Source: Marsupella aquatica
Lineage: Eukaryota; Plantae; Marchantiophyta
Direction of reading: 5' to 3'
DNA: 64,000 bases
Assembly (NCBI GenBank): GCA_973895155.1
Contig: OZ316892.1
Span: 19,665,869 to 19,729,868 of the forward strand
The position numbers and the translations under genes were made by a program. Positions 39,536-54,121 of the stretch are shown here, piece by piece. Each line of letters starts with the position of its first letter. Position 1 is the stretch's first letter. The notes beneath the pieces are model-generated. The model was not told where the DNA came from. It worked only from the letters and a program-made list of their open reading frames with translations, and did no database searches.

Positions 39536-42500
39536 GAGGCGGAGCTCCACTTGGAGACGTCCGATGAACATTACATTCTAATTACAACCGTACTGTGACC
39601 ATAGTAAGGTTCATCATATTCACGATGGAGTTAATCTCATTAATTAAGCTTGTTTCCAAAAGTGTGATCCCATTAGCCATGATTTCCATAAGATTGTCTC
39701 CATTAGGTCTCAAGGCAGGAATATGGTTGACAGGTGTGGACTTATGAGACATCTTGATATTCTGGTTGCAGGACTAGTTAAAGAATTTAAAATGGGGGGA
39801 GGTGGCATTGACCCGCTCCATTAGGCAGGAGTTAAGACCTCACCTCATCTCATAGTACATATCATTTTTTTTTTCATTCTTGGTCAGTTGTTATCTCAAA
39901 TGCAGCAGTTCACCACGTCAAACACAAAGCCTACTTGCCTTCGATTGTAGCTTTTTGGATTTTTGGATTCCTGGATTCCATCAAAAGTTGCTGGAAATTT
40001 GGCATGGTTATTGGTTAAGTACTGAGCCCGCAGGCTTTCCTTACTAGTATCCAAAGATCAACTCCCAGATTAACCTTTACAGAAGCTTCCATAACTCTTA
40101 TAAGTTATAAGGATAAGAAGACATCTCCTGGTATGGCAGAGTATTGAGAAGCACTCTTTGCAATAACAAAGAGACACTACTGTGCTTGTGTGACACCAAG
40201 CAAGAAAAACAACTAGATCCAATAACCATAAAAATTGAAAAGGAAAGTTTAAAATAACAAGCAGCAGGGTAAAATTAAAACATTTATTGGGAACACTTAA
40301 ATATAAAACATTTCAAATTTATGCTCAGTCTATGTTAGCTACGTTAATCACCTATAAAATTTTCAGGCCAATTTAATCTGCTGCTGTGGTGTACCTCATT
40401 TCTGTTTGGCTGGCTTTTCTCTTCGACCATGTTGTCGAGCGTTTTATGCCTTTCCTTTGGGTGCTTTGTGGGTTTCCAGCCCTTGTTTTGGTTCCAGGTC
40501 TGCTGGTTCCCCCCCTTGTCCGTGGGGTTTACGCGAGTCTTAATTCAAAATTAAGAAGTTTTAACCAAATAATAATAATAGAACACTGGACTGAAATTAA
40601 TGAGCCACATTAAACTGTCTGGTAACCAAATTTAAGGCATTGCTTATTTTGGTTTCAAAGAAGAATGACATTTTAGGTTTATTTACAAAAGTGGTCAAAC
40701 AAAATACAACAAAGAAAAAGCCAAAGAAATCCAAAGCGGACAATACCAAACTTGAAAGAAGAAGAGGAAGAAAGTATAATCTGAACAATGGCAAAGCTTA
40801 TTACTCAGTTTATGTGTATCTCAGCTGTTCTGCATCTGATTATACAACCACCAGTCTTGGGTTCAAATGTTGTTATGGCCCTCAATGGCTTAAAGGTAGA
40901 TGATGATAGGTACTACATAATAATAATAATAATAATTTTAAACAGACTCTCAGGGTTTTTCCCTCAAGCCAGTTCTGGGGCTTGAAGGTTCCCTTCAATG
41001 GGTTCAGACATCCACCTTGACGGATTGCTTAAGGAGTACCTTGACGCTCCCCCTAAAATCCTTAGAGCATGTTGTCATGTGAGATTTAATTAGCAATTCA
41101 GTTCACATGGCAGTCCTCCACTCCAATCAATTTTGTGATCATTTAAACCCATCATACAAACCATTTTCCAGTTAACTTTCAGGCTGGAAGAAACAAGTAG
41201 TTTGTGGTCACCAAAGGTCCCAAAGAGATCAATGGTACAACCAGCTGCAGTAATGCAAATTACGATGGTTGGATATGGGCACACATACCAGTCAAATATA
41301 GTGGGTATGCCTAGAACATGGATCACAGGAGATGGTAGGGAGAGGAGTCAGGGCTGAATATGAGGTTCAAAGTGGGGATCATCCCTGCTTTTGTTCTCCC
41401 CAATTGTCAACTCTTCCATTTTGACCAGATGGTGGGTGCAGGCCATCAAGCTGCTGAAGATGCTCCTTGTGACTAGATGCCTAAATGCATATTGAACCTG
41501 CTAGCTAGAACCCTGGTTCCTCCCATGGAGTCCGACCCTCACAAGGGTTAATTTTTGCAAGCTCGAAACTCAAAAGTTTACAGCTGGGATTTGCCACACC
41601 AAAGTGCTAGTTCCTAACCAAGAGGCTGGATAAGAGCACAGGCTCCAAGGCACGATGTTACTGAAGTTGACCTGGTATATTTGTTCATTTGTTCTTCCTG
41701 TAAGGCTATAAGGCCAAGCCAAATTGCACGAGGATTAGAGGAAAGAATTTTCAGCAGCCACACATTGTGCCACATAATGAGTTGCAGGAGATAACCTAGA
41801 GTGCTGCACAGAGTTGTTTACACTACAATGTGCTGTGGAGCATAGGGCAGGAAAAGAGTGGCCCTCACCCCTTGTAAAACGCCGTGGCAGCTTGCATGGC
41901 AGACTTCAGGTTCCTGCTGGCTGGAACTTGGGTTCTCACTAATGTGAAATGAGCTAAGTGCCTGGCTAAGTATAACAAACTAAGTGTGCCGGATGAACCT
42001 GGGTTCCCCTAATGTTAAATGAATCCTGGAAATGATGAGCTAAGTGTGATGAACTAAAGGTGTCAGATTATTCTAACATTTAAAAACGAAGTGCTCTTCT
42101 ATACTATTAAAGCTGATGCACTCTATCTTTCAAGGCCTCCACTTTGGGGAAAAGCATGACAAGGGGCCAAGTTGGGCTGTTGTCCTGCATAGCACAACCA
42201 ACCAGGACTTGCATAAGTACATGACCCATGTGAAGGGATCAGGCATAGTCATTGGGCCCGTGACCTATAGTGGGTAAATATATACACTGTACTTGTATAT
42301 TAAGCAAATGTCCTTCCTGCATTGTGAAGTGACGAACTAAGGGTGACAGACTGATTGAGCTTTTAACAATCTAAGTACTCATCTATACTATTAAACTCGA
42401 TGCATTTTATATTTCAAGGCCTTGTCTAGAGTGAAGACTTGATGATGGTCACGAGACAAGTATGCTGACAAAGCAAAAGCAGCTGTCTGGAAGGCAACAC

Positions 42501-44664
42501 ATATTTAAATTGGAAGGCATGGTAAACTTGATTTGTGCCCAAGGTTGTTTCTGTGCATATCCTTGGCAACCAGGACTCATATAGACTACATTTGCAAAAA
42601 CAAGAGAAATCACAAGCATTCAACATCCTGAGACGACAATCCTTTTCACTCATCATTGCATACAAAGTGATGAAAAGATCCTGAGCAAACGGCCTTTCAA
42701 TTTTTGTCTTGTTAAGCTCTCTTATAATCTTATTGATCTTTTAATGTCCACAGTAACCATTCCTAAGACAAATTTTAGGCAGTGTTTGGGAAACTTACTT
42801 AGCCACTTTTAGGAATGTTCTTAGCATTTTGATGTAAAGCACTGATTTATCAGATTTTGCATTGTGTTCAACAGAAAAACCGAAATCAGTGAAATTGTGT
42901 AGGCCATTGTGCTACACTTTGAAACATAAAAAGAACTTAGGTTTTTTGCAGGGCCTGGACGAAACCTGAGCCTCCCTACATTTGTAACAATGTTTGTCCC
43001 TTTGGGCACCCACCACTTCAGTCAATCAACAGTACCAGAAAACATGGGACACTTACTTTTGTTCTAGCTCCTTTTGAATTTGTAAACATAACATGGAGTA
43101 ATTTTGGTGTGACTATTTATTATCAACTTTTCACGACATTGCCACCAAAGATGATGTTCCAATTTACAATCTCTTAGTTGTTTTTATTGTATTTACATAT
43201 TTGCCATGGTTTTTGTATATGGTTGGTGAACTCGTTGTCCATAACAATGGCATATTTGGAAATACAATAGAAATGGTGTTGACACTGTCAATTGGACATC
43301 TTTATTGGCAAAGTAGTTAAAAACTGAGTTAATTATAGAAGTAGACTATGGAATGCACTAGTGGTAAAACGAGAGCTTAAAATGAAAGCTAGAGATGATA
43401 CAAAAAGTTGCACATGAAGTTTTTGGCTATCAGAATCAAGATATAGAACTTTTGTAAAGTAGTTGAAGTTGACATCTGTTGCAATCAGATGTCCATTATA
43501 TACAAAAAGTGGGTTTGAAAATTAACTTCCGAGATGAAACTTTTGAATAAACACTCAAGACTTGTGGCTTGCTTTAAGAGGTTTCGGACTCATCAAATGG
43601 CACATACCTTTCTGCCTGCCATGTTGACAACATAATTTCTGATGCTCCTATAATTGGGTTTGGTCACCCCAGTTCGGATAAGATCTCTACCTATTGTAGT
43701 CTTTACCAATTGTACCTCTGTTCACATTCTAACTCAGGGTTGGCCACCTGCAGTCTGTTGGGATGGGGCTGTTTTCTTTTTATCTTGCGAATATTGATCC
43801 CCCTCTGGCCTGTCCCTGATTTACTCTCGGAATTTTAATTAACAATATTTAGTCCTTCAAAGGCAACAATTTCTTGGACCATTGTGGTTGTTAGTAGTTC
43901 ATGGTCATGGTCATTCCTGGTTTCCCCCCCTGCTTGTGTTACCCATAGCCCCCCAATAATTTTACACACTGTCTCCTCAAACTACAAAATATAATGTGTG
44001 AGTAACTGATTATAGTGTAGACAAATATATATCACAGTGCCCAAGGACCAAAAAAAGCAGAACCTTGGGGAAAAATGATTCCAAAGGCAAAGCAACCCAA
44101 TGAAGGGAAGGAAAAGAGGAAAAAGGCCCCAAGAAAAACAAGCCAAGGAGTTCCGAACCAAAAGCAGACAAAGGAACAAGGAACCAACATGGAGACAGAT
44201 GGTTTTTGGGAGGTCAGCAGCAGCCAGGAGTCTCGAGAGAAGCAAACTTTGAGATACCCTAAATAATAGACTCTGGCTGTGCCCTCCAAGAAAATGAAAA
44301 CAGCATCTGAAGGGGATAATTCCCAGCACATCAGTCTTTCCTTCCATTAGACCAACCAAGTAATGACTTTTGCGGCTTTTGTCCCAATGTACACACTCTC
44401 TCTCCTCCTCGACTGACGTCGTGACTGTGTGGTGACTATGTTGTTGTGCTTTGCAAGGCACCCTCGGGTCAGTTCGCGGTCCAGATCTTCCGCATGCGAC
44501 GGAATCGACGTCCTTTTGGCGTATCCCATATCCCCATTAGCGGTGCTCAACCGCTCATCGCGATTCGGCCATTCTCGCCTTCTCGGGGAACACGGTTAAT
44601 CGTACACAGAAAAATTCTCGTGGCCTGAGTGAGCGAGAGTCTGATACGCTCCCATGCAAGCCAA

Positions 44665-44700
44665 GGAGAGGAGAGGAGAGGAGAGGAGAGGAGAGGAGAG
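44665..44700. repeat. (GAGAG)n microsatellite in the GA-rich region upstream of the Rab gene
   Basis: About 7 consecutive GGAGA units. Confidence 0.9.
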
Positions 44701-46094
44701 AAAGAGCAGACAAGACGAACGAGACAGAGGCGAGGGCGGACGGAAACGCCCGATTTGATTCACCAGCCCCCGAATGAAACTGCTATATCGCCGTGTGTGC
44801 GATTGTGTGTGTGGGACAGTCATGGTGAGAGGTGGGAGGCCCGCAGCATCTTTCGCCATGGGCGGGCGGGCGGGCAGGAGGCAAGGCAAGGCAAAGGCAG
44901 GTAAGGCAGGCGCAGGAAAGCAGGCGAGAGTGGAACAGAAGGAACGGCTCCAAGGGGGTTGGGTATAATTATTATTGTAAAGCTCGCTGCCTGCCTCTCT
45001 ACCGTAAATAGTAAAAGCAGCTGCTGCGGTTGTGTAGCTGTGCTCGGCTGTTGGACGACCAGGTGGGAGCTGGTTGCGGTGGTGAGCTCTCTGCTCTGCT
45101 TTCCTCCAGTCCAGTACACTGCACAGCCCTTCCTTCCTGTGACCTCCTGAGTTACAAAAGGGCGCTGACTGTGGAGGCGTTTATTACTGACTCGGAAGGA
45201 AGGGAAGAGAAGAGAGCCTTTCAACTGTGAAGTATTGTAGAAAGCGAGGATCGAAGGAACAAGAGAGCTGAAGAGAGGGGAGAGTGATTGTCGGGGCCCC
45301 CGCTTAAAAAAAAAAACACAACTGAGAGGTTGGTGAGAGAGGACCACTCTGTTCGTCGTTTGTGTGGAGGCAGAGAGAGGGGGAGATAAGAGAGAGAGAG
45401 TCTCGGGTATAAACCATAGCTGGAGAGCAGCTGAGAGTTGTTACTGCACGGCGTTCGTTTTGTGGGTTCGGAAGGAGTGCACTTGGGCGTCTCTGTCTGT
45501 GAAAGGACGAGGAGGCAACTCTTTCTGATCCCCGACCGAGGACCCGCGACACTCGACTTTCGTTTGCGCGTGCGAGTAATTTGATTTGGTAATACACGTA
45601 CAGGGAGGTCCGCGAGATTCTTCTCGTCGAGCTCGATCATAGGCGGCGAGAGAGATCGAGAGAACGTGGACAGCTAACTTCATTGAGTGATTGATCGGGG
45701 AAAGGGAAGGAAGATACTGGTTTGCTGCTACTGCGGTTGGCATCACTGACAAGCGAAATCAATTGCGATCATTGGTCTTCAAGAGGATTGCGATTCATCG
45801 ACGTGTTTCCGAAAAGAGCGACAGTAGGTGGAATTGCCGTCGGATCACAATTCCGAATGATTTAGCTGCGGAAGTCTACAGAAAGATAGGGACATTCTTG
45901 CAATTCCCTTACCGTCCAGGCCTCACTGAATCGGACTCCCGAGCCGAGGCTCCCATTGGCGCATTCGAGAGCGCGAGAGGGGAGTGACTACCGACCTCGA
46001 AGTCCTCTGGGACTTCGCTTAAATATCTTTTTCGTGAATTCCAGCTTTCAAACTGGGGAAGGGACGGAGCCACAGTTGGAGCGGGGATTGGGTC

Positions 46095-49000
46095 ATGGAG
46101 ACCACGGGCAGACACCATGTGCAAGCCAAGCTTGTAGGATAACTCTCCTCTACCTCTCCATGAATTGCTTGATCTTGCAGTTGCCTGATTAGATGGATTG
46201 GTGCGGTGGGTGGGTGCTTGCATGGTTGTCTACACTATATGAGTTTCAGGGCAAGTCTCTTAGTTGCGCCAGAGAAGAATGAAAGGACCACGAGTTAATA
46301 AAGTGTCCCTCTGTGTCATTCCGCTCCCACTGCTTGCGTCTTCACTCATCTCGCTGTCCGATTCGTCTCCCCCTGTACCGCTGATGCATGGCTCTAGGGA
46401 TTCCTAATCTAAGGCTCCGAAGTTTGATTTTCATGTTGGCATGCAACAGTGCCTCCCTGCCTGCACACACTCATAGGATGTTAGTGAACTGGTCGAGAGT
46501 CCGGAAGTAAGCCAGTTGTCTTGTGGCCCAGGTATGGGTTCGATAATTAGACTTTTCTTCCGTCTCTGGGGCTGTGGCTGGAACCGTACCAGGATCGGAG
46601 CTTTCCTGGTCCTGGCCACCAATTTTTCTTGCAAATCAGCTCGTTCAGAAGTACGTTCATCTACGAATGATGGACAGCGTCGATCTAGGCATTAGGATTC
46701 CCAAAGGCCTTGAACAACATATCGAGACTGATAGACGAAAGACGTGACGAAAGATGTGACGAAAGAACTGCTTTCGATGGCCTCTAGGCCATCCTCGGAG
46801 CTTCGCGTTTCAGTTTCTTCGTGATGTCATTCCCGAATTTGAGTGGCTGGTTTACTTCCTTAGCTATCTTCCGGGGGACTCATTGATATCTTCAAGCGAA
46901 GCTTCTAGTCTGATCCCGCCCGTCTCAATGGTTTCAAACATGTCTTTGAGGCGCAGTCTTGGTGCATGGGACAGCTGGTTCAGGGGGTTTCCTGGACCAC
47001 AAGATTGGACTGGTGTCATCACGCAATTCTGCATGTCTTCAGCCGAAAGCAGTTCCACTTGTCTTCAGCTGAATGGTTTTGTCTTTTAGGTGAACACATT
47101 CCAAAAGATTCGCTGCGAGCATTCGTAATCTGCCATGATGACGCTTTGTTAAGTCGTGGAGTTGGGCGTACGTACCTGCAATGTTGTTCTCTCTGTTCTA
47201 GAAGGGCTTTTGGGTTTCCGATCACCTGATACAGTCAATACTGTTTGGAGTCTCTCTACTCGAGTTCGAAATTCTCGAGCTACGCAATCCTTGTAGACCG
47301 ACAGTCTTACTATTGAAGCTAAGGAGGTTAACGGACACCCTTCTTCCGCTTCTGACCGGATTTGGAAATGAAACGTATTCGTACTGTTGCCAGGTTGACT
47401 TGTTCCGTCTTGTACGCTATTAGCGCGAGGGTTTTTCTATCACTGTTTGGAGCCTTTGAGGAATCCCTCAGATATGTCTATTAGTAAATGATTCGATATT
47501 CGCAGTGGTATTTTTGTTGTGGTGAGGGACTCCTTGGTATGTTGGGCCCCTCTGTTATTCTCGGGGTCTTTCATTTTGTTCTTCCTTTAGTGGGTCTTTT
47601 TGCCTGTGGGATCTTGTCTCCCGGTTGGCGTTCCTGTCCTTTTGGCAGTGTGATATATACTCGATATTAATAGTTCCGGCATTGCGACGGGTAGTCGAAC
47701 AGTATGCATGGTGGTAGAGGGAAAATCGTGGGGGAACTTTACTGATTGCAAGGTTTAATCCGTTTGAATGTCTGACGCAGGCCTACGGACGAGAGGTATT
47801 AACTATACCATTACTTGTCTCCTTACGCAGGTGCTGCTCGGTGACATGGGAGCTGGGAAATCCAGTCTCGTAATGCGCTTTGTCAAAGGGCAATTTTTCG
47901 ACTATCAGGTATCTACCTGCTTGCCCCTAGACTTGCCTACGATTGACAGGATATGCAAATGTTGGACTTTGCAAATAGTTTAGACAGGAACCTTGTCTAT
48001 GATTATAGAAGGGTCTTTCTTCCTTCGTTGTCCAGTTCAGGAAATCAAGCACAAGCAATTTTCATCTACATTTGTCTATTTAGTGTGGATCAGTAGATCC
48101 TCCATCCGTGACGACACTCTTTGTTGACTCCTCAGGTTGGCCTGGCATTCTGATCTGTTATTTTTGGCCCTGTTAGGCTGTAGGTTTACTCTGCCATATG
48201 GGTCCAATCTTCTCTACCGAATCCTACTCTTAATATTAGATTTCCTCCTCGGTTGCATTAGATTTTTATTTTGACAATTGTTCTACGATAGTGTGTCCCT
48301 CTGACGGTTTCAATAGTTTCGAAAGTGGATTGCTTAACAGTTTCCATGTTCTTATTACTGTGCAGGAGTCAACTGTGGGTGCGGCTTTTCTGACCCAGAC
48401 ATTGGCCGTTAACGAAACAACTGTAAAGTTTGAAATCTGGGACACTGCTGGCCAAGAGAGGTATCACAGCCTGGCACCGATGTACTACCGTGGAGCAGCT
48501 GCGGCGATTGTGGTTTATGACATGACTAACCCCGTAAGTACTCGCTCCGGTTGTGTATTGCCTCACAGGCACTGATCCCCAATATCGAGTGCTGTCTATG
48601 GGATGGGACTGAGTTTGGCTGGGGTTCGCATAGGTCGGATCACCAGCATTAGATGGACTGCATACTAGCGTTAGGCAGGCTTGGGTTTATAAGCGCTCCG
48701 GTGAAGACTTTTTTACTTTCAAAAGCTGCTGAATCGGAAGATGATGCCAGCGAAAATGAATCTGCAGCGTTGGGATTCGACAATTCCCATTAAGGATATC
48801 TTTCAAGTGAATGAATGAATAAATGGAGTTGTTACCACAACAAACTTAGTTTTGCAGCTTTGGTGTTCCACGAACAATGTCGTATCCTATTTATGTGTCC
48901 GAAGTGAAGGAAAGATTGAAGAGATTGTGAAGTGCAACGGGAGCCTATCGTACCTTAGACTGTCGCGAGGGTAGAATATCTGAAATATTATAGCAAGTCC

Positions 49001-49979
49001 TACAGAAGAAACTTTGTAGGGACCAACTCAGTGAGGACGGCGTGTCTCATGTGACTTGTGTGTCTTGGGCAGGATTCCTTTGTACGTGCTAAGAAGTGGG
49101 TCAACGAGCTCCAAAGACAAGGTAATTGTGTATGAAGTGTTTCGCCTTATATATTGGATTGTCTTTCTCATTCATTTCCTGTTCTGCATAATTTCAGAGG
49201 CGGATTGTTGGTGGGCCAGGCTGCAGTGCCTGTAGAACATGCGGCTAACTGGAGTTTGTTTTGTTTTGAGCAGGTAACGCAAATCTCGTGATCGCTCTCG
49301 CTGGGAACAAAGCCGATTTATCGCTTAGGCGGCAAGTTGAGCCAGAGGTATTAATCCACAATCGCAACCATTCAAAGAAGATGTATTTGTTCACCTTCGT
49401 ATGAAGCAAGTAATATGTCGATGAATGCTATCTTGAGATTTATACAGGCAAGGATATGCAATCTCGTCTACCTTCGAGCATGGCTTGTTAACCCCCCTGG
49501 GCCGGTAGGTTATTGAAATCGGAGTGACTTCTTTGTACAGGAGGGACAAGCATATGCTGATGAGTACGAGTTGTTCTTTATGGAAACTTCTGCCAAGACA
49601 GCACATAATGTTAACGAATTATTCTACGAAATAGGTAATGACTTTTTTGAATTGCAATTTACTTCTTCACCTTCGTCTGTTGTAGACAAGAACTTAGGCA
49701 GTTTGAGTTCGTTGAGAAGACCCTCATTTGCCTCTAGCCATCGGAAGCAAGTGAATGAGGCGGATTTAATTTCTGTAGCGGGAGCTGCAGTTCGGGAGGG
49801 GACGTGTAGAGATTCCGGGAAGAAACTGTTGTGGATATTAACAGTGTTGAATGTGCATTGTGGTTGGTTTTTCAGCGAGAATGTTGCCTAAAACACAAAC
49901 CACAGTACAAAATGGTGGTATGATGCTGACCGATAGAGTTGCAGAACGTGCAGCGAAACAATCGTCCTGCTGTTCTTAA
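46095..49979 (+). CDS. RABF2: Rab5-family small GTPase (plant RabF2 type), 201 aa, 7 coding exons
   Basis: Exons 46095-46133, 47831-47908, 48366-48533, 49073-49121, 49274-49347, 49541-49634 and 49876-49979, all GT-AG and in phase. Motifs are [45 protein letters not shown] and a C-terminal CCS prenylation motif. It lacks the ARA6-type N-terminal acylation extension. Confidence 0.96.
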
Positions 49980-52326
49980 GTAAACAGACCAAATCATATT
50001 AGCTCTGTACATGAAATAGGTGACGGTATGTTCTTATGAGAGAACCCTTAGATAGGGGCTTAAATTACTGTGCAGGTTTCGAAAGCACAAGTTAGCACGA
50101 TGAGCAGTCGGAAAAATTGTGAGGGGGTCAACATTTGAGCTTATGACATGACCCTGTCGGAAATCATTTCTATCTAAGTACTTCAGTTTAGGATAGAAAG
50201 ATGGCAGTGGCCCCTAATTAGTTTTGATAGAACTCTGATGGGTGAGATCTCGTTCTGTCCACGGGAGTCTCCAAGGCGGCCTTGTATGTGTAAAAATTCC
50301 TTGAGCTTTCTGACCTCGAGAAGCTGAGAAATACGTCTACCTCTAGCAAAAGATAATTGTCCTAGCGATCAGAATGTCGAAGGGATCAGTAGGTGTTGAG
50401 CACAACGATTTTGTGTGACACAAATAGCAAAATCACGTGCCTGATTGTGGAACGTGGCCAGGTTTTGGAACTTTTGTCTAGTTCTTCTACAAAATCTGGA
50501 ATACAATATGATAACCACCCATTTTTTATGGGTGATGAGATGAATACGAGTTATATCTCTGGACTGCGATTTACACTCCCGTCGTTGTCTTGTACTTTTA
50601 CATTAAATGCTTGGCATTACTCAAGAAATGGATTCTAAAGTGGCAATTGCAGAGAATTGTCTGCCTCTGAACACTATTGTGAAGGGCAATTCTGAGATCT
50701 TCTTAGTTTTCGATGTCTCGAGGCCAATTTGTCGTTGAAATGCTACAAGTCTTGGATTGCTCGTAATCATTCACCTCTGGCACACTTGCACGGATTGATA
50801 ACCCATTCGAATGGGCAGGGAGAGCATCCTGAGCGAAGCCACAATATAGTCATTTTGTCAATTGTGGGCTTGTCAGAATGTTCCAAACAGTACAGATTCT
50901 GACATTTCCTCACCGACCGGACTTCGTTGAGGACTCCAAGTACGAGTATCTTGTATGCCCTTGCCATTCTTGAATTCCTGGAATGTGTATATAGTCGTGA
51001 ATCCCTTCACCGCACATAGGATGGAAATTTTATTGCCATGCCAGCTTCGCAAGTCCGTGGTCACCGTTGAGGATGACGGCGTTCTCCCGCAAGCGAGAAT
51101 TAGGCTTGTCAAAGTAGGGCACCGGCTAAACGGAAAAAAGGATAAATCGGGTACGAATTCCGTGGAGAGAGAAGACTGGCTGGCGTGTGATGTGACATGG
51201 AACAGATTCAAATGCGTACAGGTTGTCACCGACGTGCGCTGCTTCACGACTGCGTTCATTTCCTCGATGAGTAGCGAAGAGCCGTTGAGTCTAAAGCTTA
51301 GTGATATCAGCAAACTAAGGCAGAATCGGTTTTCCGGCATGTAGCCTCTCTCACCCCGTCGGAGTACATTGAAGGAGACAGTCACCTAATATGCAAAACA
51401 CGGAGGTTAGTCCTGGTCCTGAACTCAAGGCACGGTCTGGCCATTTGGCCCGCATAGCATCGTGGAACAGTTCTTTCTAGAGGACTATGCTTAATATTCC
51501 CTTATTCTTACAGAGGATGCCTTTCTAATTTATCATATGAGCAGAATTTACGATAACAGGTGCGAGTACAACATCACCTTAGCTTCTTTGGTACTTTTTT
51601 CTCTAGAAATGTCTAGTGCGTTTTTGCTTTTACTGCTGTTTTGTTACGCTCTCTCTGAAACATGTCTCAGAACATTGGGTCCAGTGCTTTTCTCTCTCCC
51701 AGAATTCTTGTGCCTGTGCATTATTGCTATCATTGTTACGCTCATTCTGAAACGTGTCCCAGACTATTGAGTCGAAATCTCATTTTCGTTGATGATTTGG
51801 TTGTTGAGCACTTCTGAGATTCGTTCTCTCGAGTATTCCCGTAAGTTAGTTGGATGAGAGGCTTTCCGCCTCTCTGAGAATTTGGATGTGTGAGCTGTTC
51901 CCCAGTGTTTGTGAAGTACTTATTTCCCGGGCCCGAAAGCTCTGATATAGGTTTTGCTTAAGTTCAACTTGCTATCATTAGGTGGTTTTGGCAAGAAGGA
52001 GGATTCGAAACTACTCTGTGATGGGAATTGACCATTCCCTCACGTACTTTAAACAGATGGCTTCGAAAATGTGATGGTTGGATATTGTAGCAATTAACAT
52101 ACACTTGATACTAAAACACAATTTTAATTTAGTCGTATTTCAATATTTTGCCACTATGAGGCCCAAACCAATTGGAATGGTGAATCTTAATCATAAGGAA
52201 CTTTCCCCTAAACGATTAATCCGAAGATTAATACTCCTAGTGTACATTTAGTCGCTCATGTTGGTGTTTCTTCTTCGATGCCACAATAGACTCACTAGAA
52301 CACTAGAAGTAATGCAAGTGTCTTCG

Positions 52327-52419
52327 CAGTTTGCACACATCGAAAACTTGACAACATCAACTCTTTATGTACAGTTTGCACACATCGAAAACTTGACAAC
52401 ATCAATTCTTTATGTACAG
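52327..52419. repeat. 44-bp tandem duplication
   Basis: CAGTTTGCACACATCGAAAACTTGACAACATCAA.TCTTTATGTA occurs twice. Confidence 0.85.
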
Positions 52420-54121
52420 TCTACTGCAGAGATCTCAGAAAGAGATGTGTATCACCCACTACTCGGCAAGGTAGACAAATCTATTTCTCAGTATTCATGG
52501 TTTGCTCACTTGAACAATGGTGAGTAGGAGACGCAGCAGAGGCGAGAGTTTTGTTGCTCACCTGTACAGTGTGAGTTCCATCGTCCACCTAAAATATGAG
52601 AATATGAGATTATCGTCCACCTCAGAGTATATTTTAGTTATGAGCTATCTTTATTATATAGGTGATTGAAATGTCCAATTGGACAATCAATCTAAAGTGG
52701 AAGGACTGGTCTGGAACCAGCTTTGCACTCCCAAATTCAGACCCAGCTTTTGGCTTCAGTTTAGTCCAAAAGTCAGTCTAAACAGGGAGTGGTCTGGGTT
52801 GAGCCAGATTTCCCACTCTCAGATGATTCAAACTCCTTTGTTTACCTAGCTGAGTCCATCTGACTAAACTGCACTCCGAATATAATTAAATTGAGGGTCA
52901 AATGAAACAGGCTCGGACCTAAGTTTACTAGGCAAGCGCAATGTAGACAACGTTCTGATCAGTCGCTTTTGGATGGGATACACGCCAGCAAAACAGGATA
53001 TTCGTTTGATTTTATGGAACGATCGAGATTGATGAAGATGCGAGGCAAATCCTTGCCGATCATTTGCTCTCGGTAACAAAAATGCTACTGTGACATCACA
53101 AGCGATGCCAAAACCTATTTCCAGACGGATTATGCTCAAGATATATTTTAAGGAGAAGATTACGCAATCAAATACATTCTTGCATTACTTTGGGAGCTAG
53201 GGTAGTTTGGAATAAACAGAGAAGAGGGAGGCCAAAATAAAGCATTTGAAGATGATGTAGACAGTCCTGGCCAAACTACGGGAATTAGTATAGATTGTCA
53301 AGAGAATTTTGCTGCTGAATGAGTATGTGCACATTCTAGTCCAGAAGTTTATCTTTCGAGTTGTGGGCTGAGAAAGTTGACCCGGGTTTGAGAGCGTGAT
53401 ACCAGCACATGTAAACTAAGTAAAAACTCACACATAGGCATAGCTCAGGACCCATTGCACTGCATGTGAGCTGGTTGTTAGAGTTTGACGGTAGTACTAA
53501 AACTGATAATCTGAACCCGGGCAGCCTAGTTTTGAAGCAGGATTGTAAGGTTCTAGGCGAGACTTCATCCTCCAAATACAAAGAAAGATTAATCTAGATT
53601 TTGTTCTAATTTATCCAATCTGTTGAAAGCAGCTTCCAACATCTACCGGATCGAGGTGCGCACACAATACTATGAAACCACTAGAGACTAGGCGCGTCAT
53701 ACGACCAATCCGAAAATCTATTGCCTTTACTCGCTCTATTTTCAAATTAAGCAGTCAATTATCAAGATGCAAATGCACATCCATATCACCAAAAAATTCT
53801 TATTTAATCGTATCACTACATAAAAACAAAGTACCCAAAATGCAGGGAAGTTGCCCAGAAATAATCTCAGTCCCAAAGTATATATATCGCACATCCTGAT
53901 CAATTGCTAGCTAGTGAGTTTGTGGCTTTCTGTGTAATAATAGAAAATTAAAGCACTGCAAGGGCAATAAGATTAATTAACAGAGCCCTTGGGAAACCAG
54001 AGAAAAGTGGAAAACCCTTGTCTTGACATACTGTTCACTCTTTCCTGACCCTAAAATGGTGAAAGCAGTCCGCAAAGCTAAAGGCAGCCAATGCTATCAT
54101 GATGGGAAGAACCACTGCTGC

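Noticed and set aside
46864-47229. Antisense ORFs in RabF2 intron 1
   Set aside because: Short, with no recognisable motifs or splice support.
50767-51385. 170-aa minus-strand and 129-aa plus-strand ORFs, possibly an F-box/LRR remnant
   Set aside because: One weak LRR-like phrase (SRCPTLTSL) is not enough for a call.
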